A stretch of 64,000 bases of DNA from Candidatus Norongarragalinales archaeon (GCA_038884755.1 JAWABJ010000002.1:1-64000), one strand, 5' to 3'. Shown: positions 18,163-27,470, counted from the first letter of the stretch. A program made the numbers and translations. The notes: a model not told the origin generated them from the sequence alone.

Positions 18163-18621
18163 ATGGCATTCTTGCCCGAAAACATTTGGAAACGCAGGCT
18201 GGAAAGCGAGTACGACGAAATGCGCTCAACGCGCTACGCTTTCGAAACCAACGCCGACAAGACCGAATACACCGTAAGCCTGCGCGGCAAAGGCTACGCA
18301 AAACAAGGCGAGGCAGTGGTGGAAAGAGACTCACACACCATCCAAATCCTTTTGCTTCGCGAATTTCCTTATCCCGGAAGCGTGGAAGTATACTGGTTAA
18401 CACCGATATTCCACCCCAACATCCGAGAGGACGACGGACGCGTTTGCATACAGTTGGTCAACGACTGGAGCGAGAGCACGAGCGTAGCAGGAATAGTGAA
18501 AGCACTGCAGCATTTGCTTGCGAACCCAAACCCGAAAGACCCGTTGAACAAAAACGCGGCGAAATGGTTCGAAGAAAACAGCTTTGCACTCACGGCAAAG
18601 AAAAAGCCGAGGCTAGTTTGA
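18163..18621 (+). CDS. ubiquitin-conjugating enzyme E2 (UBC fold)
   Basis: KRRLESE, EFPYP, TPIFHPNI...GRVCI.L..DWS, LL.NPNPKDPLN..AA; HPN and catalytic Cys intact. Confidence 0.95.
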   Translation: MAFLPENIWKRRLESEYDEMRSTRYAFETNADKTEYTVSLRGKGYAKQGEAVVERDSHTIQILLLREFPYPGSVEVYWLTPIFHPNIREDDGRVCIQLVNDWSESTSVAGIVKALQHLLANPNPKDPLNKNAAKWFEENSFALTAKKKPRLV

Positions 18622-18806
18622 AATGGCAAAAGTAATTTTGGTCAAAGGGAGAATGCAACTGAAAACGCGCCAAGCAACTTGGGATATTTGCAGCAAGTAG
18701 ACTTGAGAAAAATGCAAGCAGAGCGTCTCTCGGGTGACGAAATGGCAGACGTGATTGCGAAAGGGATTCACGAACAAACAACCCAAAAATACGAGGCAAA
18801 AAGAAA

Positions 18807-19185
18807 ATGAAAAAGCCGAAAATCATTGCGGTCAGGGAAAAGGAAATTGAAGAGCGAAAACCCCCTTCTGACAATGAATACGAATTCGTGTTAAAGAGTG
18901 GAGAGAATGAATAGGCGGGCAGCGGTCATAGAACATCCTGAAAATGCGGAGTTAAAGCTAGTTGTTAGTGCAGACGAAAAAGGATTGCGCCTTTGGGGAA
19001 CCCACATCGAAACCGTCGATGCGCCGAAAACGGGAGCCCTCCCGCAAATTTCAAACGCGGTTTTGGACGAGAAGACCGGAAAAATCCACGTCTTCAAGGG
19101 CTTGTTTGAAGAAGAAAAGAAAAAGCTTGAAACGCGGTATAGGGATTATTTGGAAGAAAAAACCAGGAAAGCACTGGCAGTATGA
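18807..19185 (+). CDS. hypothetical protein, possibly frameshifted
   Basis: 35-aa ORF 18807..18914 overlaps the 95-aa ORF 18898..19185 in another frame. Confidence 0.4.
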
Positions 19186-19187
19186 AA

Positions 19188-21902
19188 TCAAGCCCGCCAG
19201 TACTTTTTCGTGCGAATGAACGTTTTTTGCGCCTCAAGCAAATCCCTAAAGAATTCCTCGTCGGTTTTTTGCATTCTCCCAAGCACCCTAGCCGCCTTCT
19301 CCGGCCCCACGCCGTAAGTGCTCAATGCTATCAAAGCGCGCATTCCGAACGTGGCGACAAGCGTGCCTATGGTTTGCGCTTCTTTTTTCATGCGCTCGCC
19401 CTTGAAACCCTCTTCCGACGGATACAAGCGTTGCGAACGGCAGTACGGGCAGAACACCAACCCCAGCATTTCAATCTTCTTGAAGCTCGTCTTTCCGCAA
19501 AAAGCACACTTGAGGCGAAGTGTTTTCTGCAGCAACTCTTCCTTGAAAGCCTCGAGAATTTTTTCCGTGGGCTCTGCAGGAATGAACAATTCGCTAAACC
19601 CGCCGAACGACAAGAACTCTCGCGCGACGGGCGACCATACCCCCTCGCTTTCGACAGTCTTGAGTTTGATTTTTCCGAAAGACAAGTCGCTAAAAACATT
19701 CGCCGCGCCAACCACGTCCAGCTTTTCCGAGTAAAGCTCGTTGAACACCTCGCGAAGCACGGGCGAGTCGGGCGGAAGGCTGCGCACAATGCGCTTTAAG
19801 CTAACGCTCCGGTATTCCGCGTCCCGGCGTATGAAACCAAAACGCTTGCCCACGTGCGAAAACTTGACTGCAAACAAGCTCGTCTGCGGAAGGATAGCCT
19901 CGAGGATTTTCTGAACTTTCTCCCCGCCCACTTGCCTGAAAACCTCGGCGACCTTGCCCAACTCCACAGCATGCTTGGGAGGAAATTCCAAAAGAATGCC
20001 GTAAGCATTAGCCTTGGTACGGACGGCATAACCTTTCGAAAGCAGGGGAGAGACAACCTTTGCAATGGCTTCGTTAATCTTGTGCCCCTGGTAGCAATGA
20101 ACCAAAACCAAGTTTTCGCGCTTTTCAAGAACGATTTCACCCACGCGCGGGACGAAATGCCTCGATTGTTCTTCAACGAAAGAATCGAGCTTTCCCGCAA
20201 GCTCTTTTTCCGCGATTATTTTCGAGGAAAGCAAAGAGGCAACGCTCTCTGCTATCTCGGCGGGAACAGGAATCTCCTCGCCCACCCAGTCCGGAACGGC
20301 GGCGGTAATGTCGCCGCTCTGTTCTACGGCGATTTCCTTCTCCCCGACGCTCAACACTCGCCATGCTCTCCCGCGCGTGATGAAAATCCGCCCTTCCTGC
20401 AAATACTCGCTCACGAACGCTTCATCCAAAACCCCGACGTTTTTCCGCGACGCCGCATCGCGCACCCAAAACCGCTTTTCGTCCGGAATGCTGGAAAGGT
20501 TTTGGTAGTAATACAAGCGCGTTCGCTTCATCTCCTGAAGTTCAACCCCGTCGAAAGCTATTATCTTCAATTGCGCCGAAAGCTTCACCACCTCCAAAAA
20601 ATCTTTGAGCTCGAGGTTCCAGTAAGGAAAAGCGCGCTTGCATATCGCATAAGCTTCGCCCACGCTAGTTCTCTTCTTGTCCAAAACTATGCCCGCAATC
20701 TGATGCGCCAAAACATCGAGAGAATTGCGCGGGATGGAAACTGGTTCTATCTTCCGCTCTAAAGCGCGTTGCGCAACGGCAAAACACTCCAACGCGTCTA
20801 AAGGCGAGGAAGCAATCAAAACTCCTTTCGGAATCAAGCTCGCCCTATGCCCGCTCCGCCCTATTCGCTGTACAAGCCGGCTCGCCTGCCGCGGGGAAAC
20901 GTATTGAATCACCAAATCAATCGCCCCAATGTCGATGCCCAACTCTAGGCTGGAAGTGCACACTATCGCTCTTAGTTTACCCTTGGGGTTTTTGAACTCT
21001 TGCTCGACCTCGATGCGCGATTCTTTCGAAAGCGAAGAATGGTGGACTGCGATTTTGTCTGCAAACCCCGGGATTTTGAAAAGCAAATTCGCCAAGCTTT
21101 CAGCAGTATAACGCGTGTTCACGAAAATCAAGGTTTTGTTATGCGAATCCACTAATTCCTTTATGCGCTCGATTTTCGAAACCGTCTCGCCCGCAATTCC
21201 CTCTATCAACGCTTCAACGCCTTTCGGCGTTTCAGGCATTTCCACGCTCAAATGCAATTTTCGCGCTATATCGTCTTTCAAAACAACGGCGTTGGAACAC
21301 AAGAACGACGCCGTTTCCTCAGCGTTCCCAACAGTCGCGCTCAACCCAATCGTTTGGAAATCGGGTGAAAACTCGCGCAAACGCGCGAGGCCCACCGAAA
21401 GCTGCACCCCCCGTTTCGAGTCTGCAAGCTCGTGCACTTCGTCGACAACAACCCACTGCACGTTTTTCAAAAACTGGGAAAGGCGCGGGGAAACGAGAAC
21501 CGCCTGAAACGTTTCAGGCGTGGTAATCAAAAACACCGGCGGTTCGATAAGTTGCTTTTGCCTCTCGCTTTGCTTCGTGTCGCCGTGGCGCACTGCAAGC
21601 GAAACGCCCAGCATTTTGCACCAGAATTGAAGGCGTTCGAGCATGTCTCGGTTCAACGCGCGCAACGGAGTAATGTAAACGCACCTGATGCCCTCCAACC
21701 TCCCCTGCGCAGCCTGCATTTCTGCAAGTTTCGAGAGAATTGGAAGGACGGCGGTTTCAGTCTTCCCCACGCCCGTCGGCGCTATCACGAGAACGTCCTT
21801 GCCTTCGGCTATCACGGGAATCGCCTTTTTTTGAATTTCCGTAAAATCGGCGAACCCCTTGGCTTTAGCGACTTTCACTACTTCAGGATGGAGATGCACC
21901 AC
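19188..21902 (-). CDS. lhr: Lhr-family SF2 helicase
   Basis: APTGVGKT, TPLRALNRD, DEVH, SAT, HHSSLS, SLELGIDIG, QRIGRSGH, DVLAHQ, C-terminal Zn-finger/HhH. Confidence 0.93.
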   Translation of the reverse strand: MVHLHPEVVKVAKAKGFADFTEIQKKAIPVIAEGKDVLVIAPTGVGKTETAVLPILSKLAEMQAAQGRLEGIRCVYITPLRALNRDMLERLQFWCKMLGVSLAVRHGDTKQSERQKQLIEPPVFLITTPETFQAVLVSPRLSQFLKNVQWVVVDEVHELADSKRGVQLSVGLARLREFSPDFQTIGLSATVGNAEETASFLCSNAVVLKDDIARKLHLSVEMPETPKGVEALIEGIAGETVSKIERIKELVDSHNKTLIFVNTRYTAESLANLLFKIPGFADKIAVHHSSLSKESRIEVEQEFKNPKGKLRAIVCTSSLELGIDIGAIDLVIQYVSPRQASRLVQRIGRSGHRASLIPKGVLIASSPLDALECFAVAQRALERKIEPVSIPRNSLDVLAHQIAGIVLDKKRTSVGEAYAICKRAFPYWNLELKDFLEVVKLSAQLKIIAFDGVELQEMKRTRLYYYQNLSSIPDEKRFWVRDAASRKNVGVLDEAFVSEYLQEGRIFITRGRAWRVLSVGEKEIAVEQSGDITAAVPDWVGEEIPVPAEIAESVASLLSSKIIAEKELAGKLDSFVEEQSRHFVPRVGEIVLEKRENLVLVHCYQGHKINEAIAKVVSPLLSKGYAVRTKANAYGILLEFPPKHAVELGKVAEVFRQVGGEKVQKILEAILPQTSLFAVKFSHVGKRFGFIRRDAEYRSVSLKRIVRSLPPDSPVLREVFNELYSEKLDVVGAANVFSDLSFGKIKLKTVESEGVWSPVAREFLSFGGFSELFIPAEPTEKILEAFKEELLQKTLRLKCAFCGKTSFKKIEMLGLVFCPYCRSQRLYPSEEGFKGERMKKEAQTIGTLVATFGMRALIALSTYGVGPEKAARVLGRMQKTDEEFFRDLLEAQKTFIRTKKYWRA

Positions 21903-21953
21903 GCTAACCGCCCTTCAAAAACGCCTAAAAACTTGAGTCTGCAAAATAAATTG

Positions 21954-22592
21954 ATGAAACCCTCTCCCTTAAACCTTCTCTTGAATCTGGCTCAAAACCC
22001 CGGCAAAAAAACCACCAGCCAAACCGCGGGAGAACTCGGAGTATCACAGCAAACCGCATCCCGCTGGCTTTCCCAACTGCAAAACGAAGGCATGGTGGAA
22101 AAAACGCGTTCCGGCTATCGCTTGACCGCCAGCGCGTTGAAAACCCTCGCTTCACTCAAGACTGCGGCAGAAAAAGCGGAGGGCACAATCGAAATCCAAG
22201 GCATTGTCGTCAAAGGATTTGGAGATGGGGCGTACTACATGGCTTTGGAAGGGTACAAAAAACAAATTGAAAAAAAACTCGGTTTTACGCCCTATCCGGG
22301 CACGCTCAACTTGCGCGTTTCCGGAAAAACAGATTTGGAAAACAACGAAAAACTCCACGCAATGCACGGGGTAAAAATCGACGGGTTCAAGCACGAAGAA
22401 CGCTTTTTGGGAGGGGCGAAGTGCTTCAAGGCAAAAATAAACGGCAGCCTCGAAGGCGCGGTCATAATCCCCGACCGCACGCACCACGACGCTTCCACCC
22501 TCGAAGTGATTTCAAAAGAATACTTGAGAAAAGCGCTCAAGCTGAAAACCGGCGGCAGCGTGCAAATAGAAATCCCTACTACCCAGTTTTGA
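21954..22592 (+). CDS. ribK: HTH-fused CTP-dependent riboflavin kinase (RbkR-type)
   Basis: LGVSQQTASRWL HTH; G.G.GAYYM, GF.PYPGTLN, P.RTHH, EVIS...LR..L. Confidence 0.92.
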   Translation: MKPSPLNLLLNLAQNPGKKTTSQTAGELGVSQQTASRWLSQLQNEGMVEKTRSGYRLTASALKTLASLKTAAEKAEGTIEIQGIVVKGFGDGAYYMALEGYKKQIEKKLGFTPYPGTLNLRVSGKTDLENNEKLHAMHGVKIDGFKHEERFLGGAKCFKAKINGSLEGAVIIPDRTHHDASTLEVISKEYLRKALKLKTGGSVQIEIPTTQF

Positions 22593-22624
22593 GTAAAAAC
22601 TCGTTTTCAAGTAAAAGCTTAAAT
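22580..22624 (+). promoter_or_regulatory. candidate RbkR operator pair and BRE/TATA upstream of ribB
   Basis: TACCCA-GTTT-TGAGTA (22580-22595), degenerate AACTCG-TTTT-CAAGTA (22598-22613), then AAAAGCTTAAAT. Confidence 0.5.
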
Positions 22625-22671
22625 GTTTTTGAGAGCAGTTTATTTGAGAAAACGAATTCAGGCGCTTGGAA

Positions 22672-23322
22672 ATGGAAATGCAAATACACCCTTTAATCTC
22701 GAAAGCAGCGCAAGAACTTGCGAAAGGAAGGTTCCTGGCTTTGTTCGATTCGGGCGAAAGGGAAGCCCAGGCGGATTTGGTCTTGCACGCTTCCTTCGCA
22801 ACGCCAGAAAAAATCGCGTTGTTGAGAAGCGAGGCGGGCGGAATGATGTGCCTTGCGACTAGCGAAAAAGTCGCGGAAACGCTCGAACTCCCGTTTTTGG
22901 CCGAGGCTTTGAAAAAAAGCGGGTTGCAAAACGTTTACGACAAAACGCCCTACGGCGATTCACCCCCCTTTTCAATACCCATAAACCACAAGAGCGCGTT
23001 TACCGGCGTGACGGATGAAGACAGGTCGCTGGCCGCAAGGGAATTTTCCAAACTCGCAACCCGGCCGAACAAGAAAGCTTTTGCCGAAGAATTCCGAACA
23101 CCCGGACACCTGCACTTGCTCGTCTCAAGAGGCTTGCAAAAAAGAAGGGGGCATACTGAAATGACCGTGAAGCTTTGCGAAATCGCAGGACTGCCCCCCG
23201 CGGTTTTGGCGTGCGAAATGCTCGGTTTCGCGAAAAGCCTTTCGCAAGGAGAAATCCAGGCGAAAGCAAGGCAAAACGGCTGGGTTTTGGTTGAAGGGAA
23301 GGACTTCGAGGCGATCCAATGA
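22672..23322 (+). CDS. ribB: 3,4-dihydroxy-2-butanone-4-phosphate synthase
   Basis: D...RE.Q.D, AGG..C, PYGD..PFS..INH...FTGVTD.DR, FRTPGH, RRGHTE, CEML. Confidence 0.92.
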   Translation: MEMQIHPLISKAAQELAKGRFLALFDSGEREAQADLVLHASFATPEKIALLRSEAGGMMCLATSEKVAETLELPFLAEALKKSGLQNVYDKTPYGDSPPFSIPINHKSAFTGVTDEDRSLAAREFSKLATRPNKKAFAEEFRTPGHLHLLVSRGLQKRRGHTEMTVKLCEIAGLPPAVLACEMLGFAKSLSQGEIQAKARQNGWVLVEGKDFEAIQ

Positions 23323-23789
23323 AAAAAATAAGGATTGGGATTGCAGACACTACTTTCGCGAGAATCAACATGGGCGAAATTGCAGCTAATGCAGTAAAAA
23401 AAAGCGGCGAAAGCGTCGAAATAATCCGAAGAACTCTACCGGGCGTGAAAGACCTGCCCGTAGCATGCAAGAAAATGATTGAAGAAGAAGGTTGCGAAAG
23501 CGTAATAGCGTGCGGCTGGGTCGGGAGACAAGAAATAGACAAGACTTGCGCTCACGAAGCGGCCTTAGGCATAATCTACGCCCAACTTTTGACCAACAAG
23601 CACATTCTCGGCGCGTTCGTCTTTGAAAACGAAGCAAAAAACGAAAGGGAATTGATTGAACTTGCGGAAGACAGGGTAAGCAAGCACGCGCTCAACGCAA
23701 TAAACATCGCCTTGCACCCCGAAAAGCTTGCTGAAAACGCCGGGAAAGGCTTGAGACAAGGAAGCAAGCACGCCGGAACTTTAAGGTGA
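23319..23789 (+). CDS. ribC: riboflavin synthase, archaeal type
   Basis: IGIADTTFARINMG, PGVKDLPVACK, GKGLRQG. Confidence 0.95.
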   Translation: MKKIRIGIADTTFARINMGEIAANAVKKSGESVEIIRRTLPGVKDLPVACKKMIEEEGCESVIACGWVGRQEIDKTCAHEAALGIIYAQLLTNKHILGAFVFENEAKNERELIELAEDRVSKHALNAINIALHPEKLAENAGKGLRQGSKHAGTLR

Positions 23790-23795
23790 GAAAAA

Positions 23796-24191
23796 ATGCG
23801 CATTGCAATAATAACAGCCGACTTCAACGAAGAAATAACTTCAGAAATGGAAAAAGCTGCAGTGCAATACGCCCTAAAACGCGGGGTGAAAACGAAAACC
23901 GTTCGCGTGCCTGGAAGTTTCGACATGCCGCTCGCGATAAAAAAAGCGTTGAAAGACAAGAAAACCCGCGCTGTCGCTGCGCTGGGCGCGATAATCAAAG
24001 GCGAGACAAAGCACGACGAGGTCATAGGCTTTGCACTAGCGAAAACCATCCACGAACTCGAACTGCAGTACGACAAGCCCGTCGGCTTCGGCATAATCGG
24101 GCCCGGGGCCAGCTGGAAGCAAGCTAAAGCACGCGCCAAAGACTACGGCGAAAGGGCGGTCGAAGCCGCAATCGCGTTAAGCAAACTATAA
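23796..24191 (+). CDS. ribH: 6,7-dimethyl-8-ribityllumazine synthase
   Basis: ADFN.EIT, VPGSFDMPLA, LGAIIKGETKHD, KPVGFGIIGPG. Confidence 0.95.
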   Translation: MRIAIITADFNEEITSEMEKAAVQYALKRGVKTKTVRVPGSFDMPLAIKKALKDKKTRAVAALGAIIKGETKHDEVIGFALAKTIHELELQYDKPVGFGIIGPGASWKQAKARAKDYGERAVEAAIALSKL

Positions 24192-24204
24192 AAGGCAGAA
24201 AAAA

Positions 24205-24768
24205 ATGCAAACGGCCAGCGCATTCCTCCCCACACAGTACGGCGATTTCACCGCCCACGCATTCAAAAGCAAAGACGAAAAAGAACATTTTGCGGTAGTC
24301 AAAGGCAGCGTGCGCGGAAAGCGCAACGTCCTCGTCCGCATCCACTCCTCTTGCCTCACCGGCGACGTCTTCCACTCGCAAAAATGCGACTGCCGCCAGC
24401 AATTCGAACAATCTTTGAAACTGATTTCGAAAAAAGGCGGGGTGTTGGTTTACCTCGACCAAGAAGGCAGGGGAATAGGATTGCACAATAAAATCCGCGC
24501 TTACGCCCTGCAAGAAAAAGGAATGGACACGTTCCAAGCCAACAGGGCGTTGGGCTTCAAGGAAGACGACAGACACTACGCAGCAGCAGTAGAAATACTC
24601 AAGCTGCTGCAAGTGAAAAGCGTTAGGCTTTTGACCAGCAACAAACGCAAAGAAAAAGAACTGCAAGCCAGCGGCATTGCCGTCACTCAAACCATTCCCC
24701 TGAAAACAAAACCCACTAAGCACAACAGGAAATACCTGCAGGCGAAAAAGGCGTTTGCAAATGCATGA
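24205..24768 (+). CDS. ribA: GTP cyclohydrolase II, bacterial type
   Basis: LPT.YG.F, VRIHS.CLTGDVF.S..CDC, QEGRGIGL..KI.AY.LQ, N..YL..K. Confidence 0.93.
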   Translation: MQTASAFLPTQYGDFTAHAFKSKDEKEHFAVVKGSVRGKRNVLVRIHSSCLTGDVFHSQKCDCRQQFEQSLKLISKKGGVLVYLDQEGRGIGLHNKIRAYALQEKGMDTFQANRALGFKEDDRHYAAAVEILKLLQVKSVRLLTSNKRKEKELQASGIAVTQTIPLKTKPTKHNRKYLQAKKAFANA

Positions 24769-25897
24769 AAAATTCATGAAACGCGCGCTCCAACTTGCTG
24801 CAAAAGCAAGGCCCTCGCCAAACCCGCCGGTAGGCGCGGTTTTAGTGAAAAAAAAAAGAAGGATAATCTCCGAAGGGTTCCACAAGAAAGCGGGCGGGCC
24901 TCACGCCGAAATCGAAGCCATACGCAAAGCCGGAAAGAAAGCCAAGGGATCGACCCTATACACGACCCTCGAGCCCCGCTCGCACTACGGCAAAACACCC
25001 CCTGCACCCTCGCGATAATCAACGCGGGAATAAAAAACGTCATTTACTCCGCCCGCGACCCCACGACGAAAGTTAAAGGACGCGAGGTTTTGCAAAAAGC
25101 CGGCGTCAAAACGCAAGGCAGAGTGCTCAGGCAAGAAGGCGAAAAACTCATTCAGTTCTTCAAGCACCACGCCCTAACCGGAAGGCCGTACGTAATCCTC
25201 AAAACCGCCCAAACGCTCGATGGAAAAATTGCCACGGCGAAAGGCGAAAGCAAGTGGATTACTTGCAGGCAAAGCCGCGAGCACGCCAGACGCCTCAGAA
25301 CGCAAGTCGACGCAATACTCGTGGGCGCCAACACCATCCTAAACGACGACCCTCGGCTCACGAGCAGAAAAAGAAAGCGCCTCGACCCCCTCAGGATAAT
25401 CCTCGACTCAAAACTGCGCATCCCCCTCGACGCAAAGGCGTTGAAAGACGCCAACGCCATATGGTGGTCGCCACGGCCAACAAACACTCTGCGAAGGCAA
25501 AAGCACTCGAAAAAAAAAGGGATTAGCGTGGTTTTCATGAAAAAAATCTCAATCGCACGCCTCATGACGCGCTTGGGAAGAAAAGGAATACTCTCGGTAT
25601 TGATAGAAGGAGGCGGAAACGTCAACTTCTCGGCATTGAAAGAAAAAACCGTAGACAAAATCCTCGTTTACGTCGCCCCGAAAATACTCGGCGGAGAGAA
25701 AGCGAAAACAAGCGTGGAAGGAAAAGGCATTGAAACCATCGCGCGGGCAATAAAACTCGAAAAAAATGAAAAGCACTAGTGTGGGAAACGGCATTTTGAT
25801 TGAAGCAACCCCCGCAAAAAACAAGGAAAACCACCACAGCGGTATAACGCACAATGCTTTGCAGCGTGCTTTCAACCCACCCCCGAACTACCAATAA
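24761..25897 (+). pseudogene. ribD: bifunctional deaminase/reductase RibD, frameshifted
   Basis: PNPPVGAV, HAE, TLEP, K.AQTLDGKIA, SKWIT, DDPRLT, EGGG; reading frame broken near 25000, 25462, 25515 and 25765; Zn-ligand Cys codon reads CGC. Confidence 0.85.
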
Positions 25898-26627
25898 TCA
25901 CTCATTTAGCGTTTAAAATTACGGAAAAACGCTACTTGTAGTTTGTTTCGTTGTTTCATCAAAAACAAAAAAAACGACTGGGCAGGTTTGGCCGAAAATC
26001 TTGTAAAACAAGGCGCGCAAAAAGACCAAACTAGGCAGGTTTTTACGAAAGCAAACAAAATCGGCCTGCTTTGTTTTGGCCGGGCTTTGTTTTCGATAAA
26101 AAACGGCTCGAAAATAGGCAGAAACGGCGTAAGCGGTGAAAGAAAAGGTTTTTGGGAGTGCGGACTTGGCCAACGCGGAGACTGGTTTTGAGCCGAATGC
26201 TATAGACATAGGCAGGTTTTTGAAAAAAGACCGGAAAAAAGGGCGAAAAACAAGCGCTATACTCTCTGAAAAACAAGTAAAAATGCGCCAACCCAGTGAT
26301 TTTTCGATACTGAAGACAAAAATTTGAAAAACCCCAGAACAAAGAGACACTTGGAAAACGAAGCAAGCTGCAACCTCGGTCGCCGCAATAGGCATATTTT
26401 CAGGGAAAAAGCAAGAAAACCGCGTTTTTCAAATGCTCAAAATACTTGGCAATGGGCAAGAGGGCCGCGAGTTAGGCTGATTGCGAAAGAAAACGGGCGA
26501 AAACTTGAATTAAGAAAACAAAACAACGCAATAGGGGAAGCCAAGAGCAAGAAAAAAGGTTAAAAAGCTAGGTAAATTAAGTTTATTGAATATATTTTGT
26601 TAACATTGTTACCGAGGGAAAAATAAA

Positions 26628-26801
26628 ATGAGCAAGCTTATTCGGGTGGGCGATAATACTTTCAGGAAAATCGTGGTTTTGGCCGGAAAACTCCAGGCGA
26701 AACACAAGAAATTCGTTTCAGCCGACGACGTTTGGGAATTTTTGTTCTGCAAGAGCGAGAAAAAAATGAGGAAGTTCGAGGAACGGATGAAAAATAAGTA
26801 A
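26628..26801 (+). CDS. small ribbon-helix-helix-like DNA-binding protein
   Basis: 57 aa, absent from the ORF track: MSKLIRVGDNTFRKIVVLAGKLQAKHKKFVSADDVWEFLF... Confidence 0.6.
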   Translation: MSKLIRVGDNTFRKIVVLAGKLQAKHKKFVSADDVWEFLFCKSEKKMRKFEERMKNK

Positions 26802-26810
26802 AATGCCACA

Positions 26811-26836
26811 GCTAGTTCTTACTTATACGAACTGGC
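26811..26836. repeat. imperfect palindrome, copy 1
   Basis: GCTAGTTCTTA-CTTA-TACGAACTGGC. Confidence 0.7.
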
Positions 26837-26894
26837 CGTTTAGGAAAGTTATTAAGCGGAATGCCGCAAATACAAAAAGCGAAAAGTGGATTCA

Positions 26895-27161
26895 ATGGGG
26901 TGGCTCGAGAGCATAGTGCAAAAGCTTTTGGACTCTATTTCGGAAACCGTCCGGAAGTTCACCGCATACAGCCTGGTGTTGTTTTTCGTCGGAACGATTT
27001 ACGGGTTTTACCTCGAGAAAATAGCCGCATTCGCGCAAGTGGACAAGAACATTTTGATTTTCGTTCCCCTTGCTTTAGCGGTTTTGGCGTACTATGTCAC
27101 GGAAATTGCGGTACTCCTTTTCATCCTATTGCTTGGTTTGATTCTCGGCGTTTTCCTTTAA
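26895..27161 (+). CDS. small integral membrane protein
   Basis: About three hydrophobic helices; ATG 26895. Confidence 0.7.
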   Translation: MGWLESIVQKLLDSISETVRKFTAYSLVLFFVGTIYGFYLEKIAAFAQVDKNILIFVPLALAVLAYYVTEIAVLLFILLLGLILGVFL

Positions 27162-27175
27162 CGCGCATATTGATT

Positions 27176-27399
27176 CGGTGCTAATTTTAGTGGAAGTTAC
27201 AGGGGGCATTACGAAAAACAGCGTTACATCCAACCAGTAAACTAAATCACGGTGCTAACAACCCCCAAACTACGCTCGAGTTTACCGAAAGGATATTGTA
27301 CAACGAAAAGTGCCGACCAACCCACCCCCAAACGCCTTTTTTCCCTCTAGAAAAGCCTTTTTGTGGGAAAACGAAAAAACAGTTTACCGAATGGATATT
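27176..27399. other. candidate replication origin (ORB-like elements and repeats)
   Basis: TTTTAGTGGAAGTTACAGGGGG (27185-27206), inverted C-string elements at 27261 and 27321, 19-bp direct repeats at 27279 and 27381; lies in the strand-skew switch zone. Confidence 0.55.
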
Positions 27400-27470
27400 T
27401 TTTTATAGTGGTAGTGCGTGCTTAATGCGGCACGCTCGAAGGAAATAAACTGAACACCGCAGTGATGTGA

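Noticed and set aside
15270..18621. SAMP/ThiS-MoaD sulfur-carrier locus or bacterial CBASS/Bil defence island
   Set aside because: Canonical UBC E2 and RING are present; no thiamine/Moco genes, CD-NTase, effector or mobile context seen
25919..26563. ORFs in the A-tract region
   Set aside because: Low-complexity Lys/Phe-rich translations with no motifs
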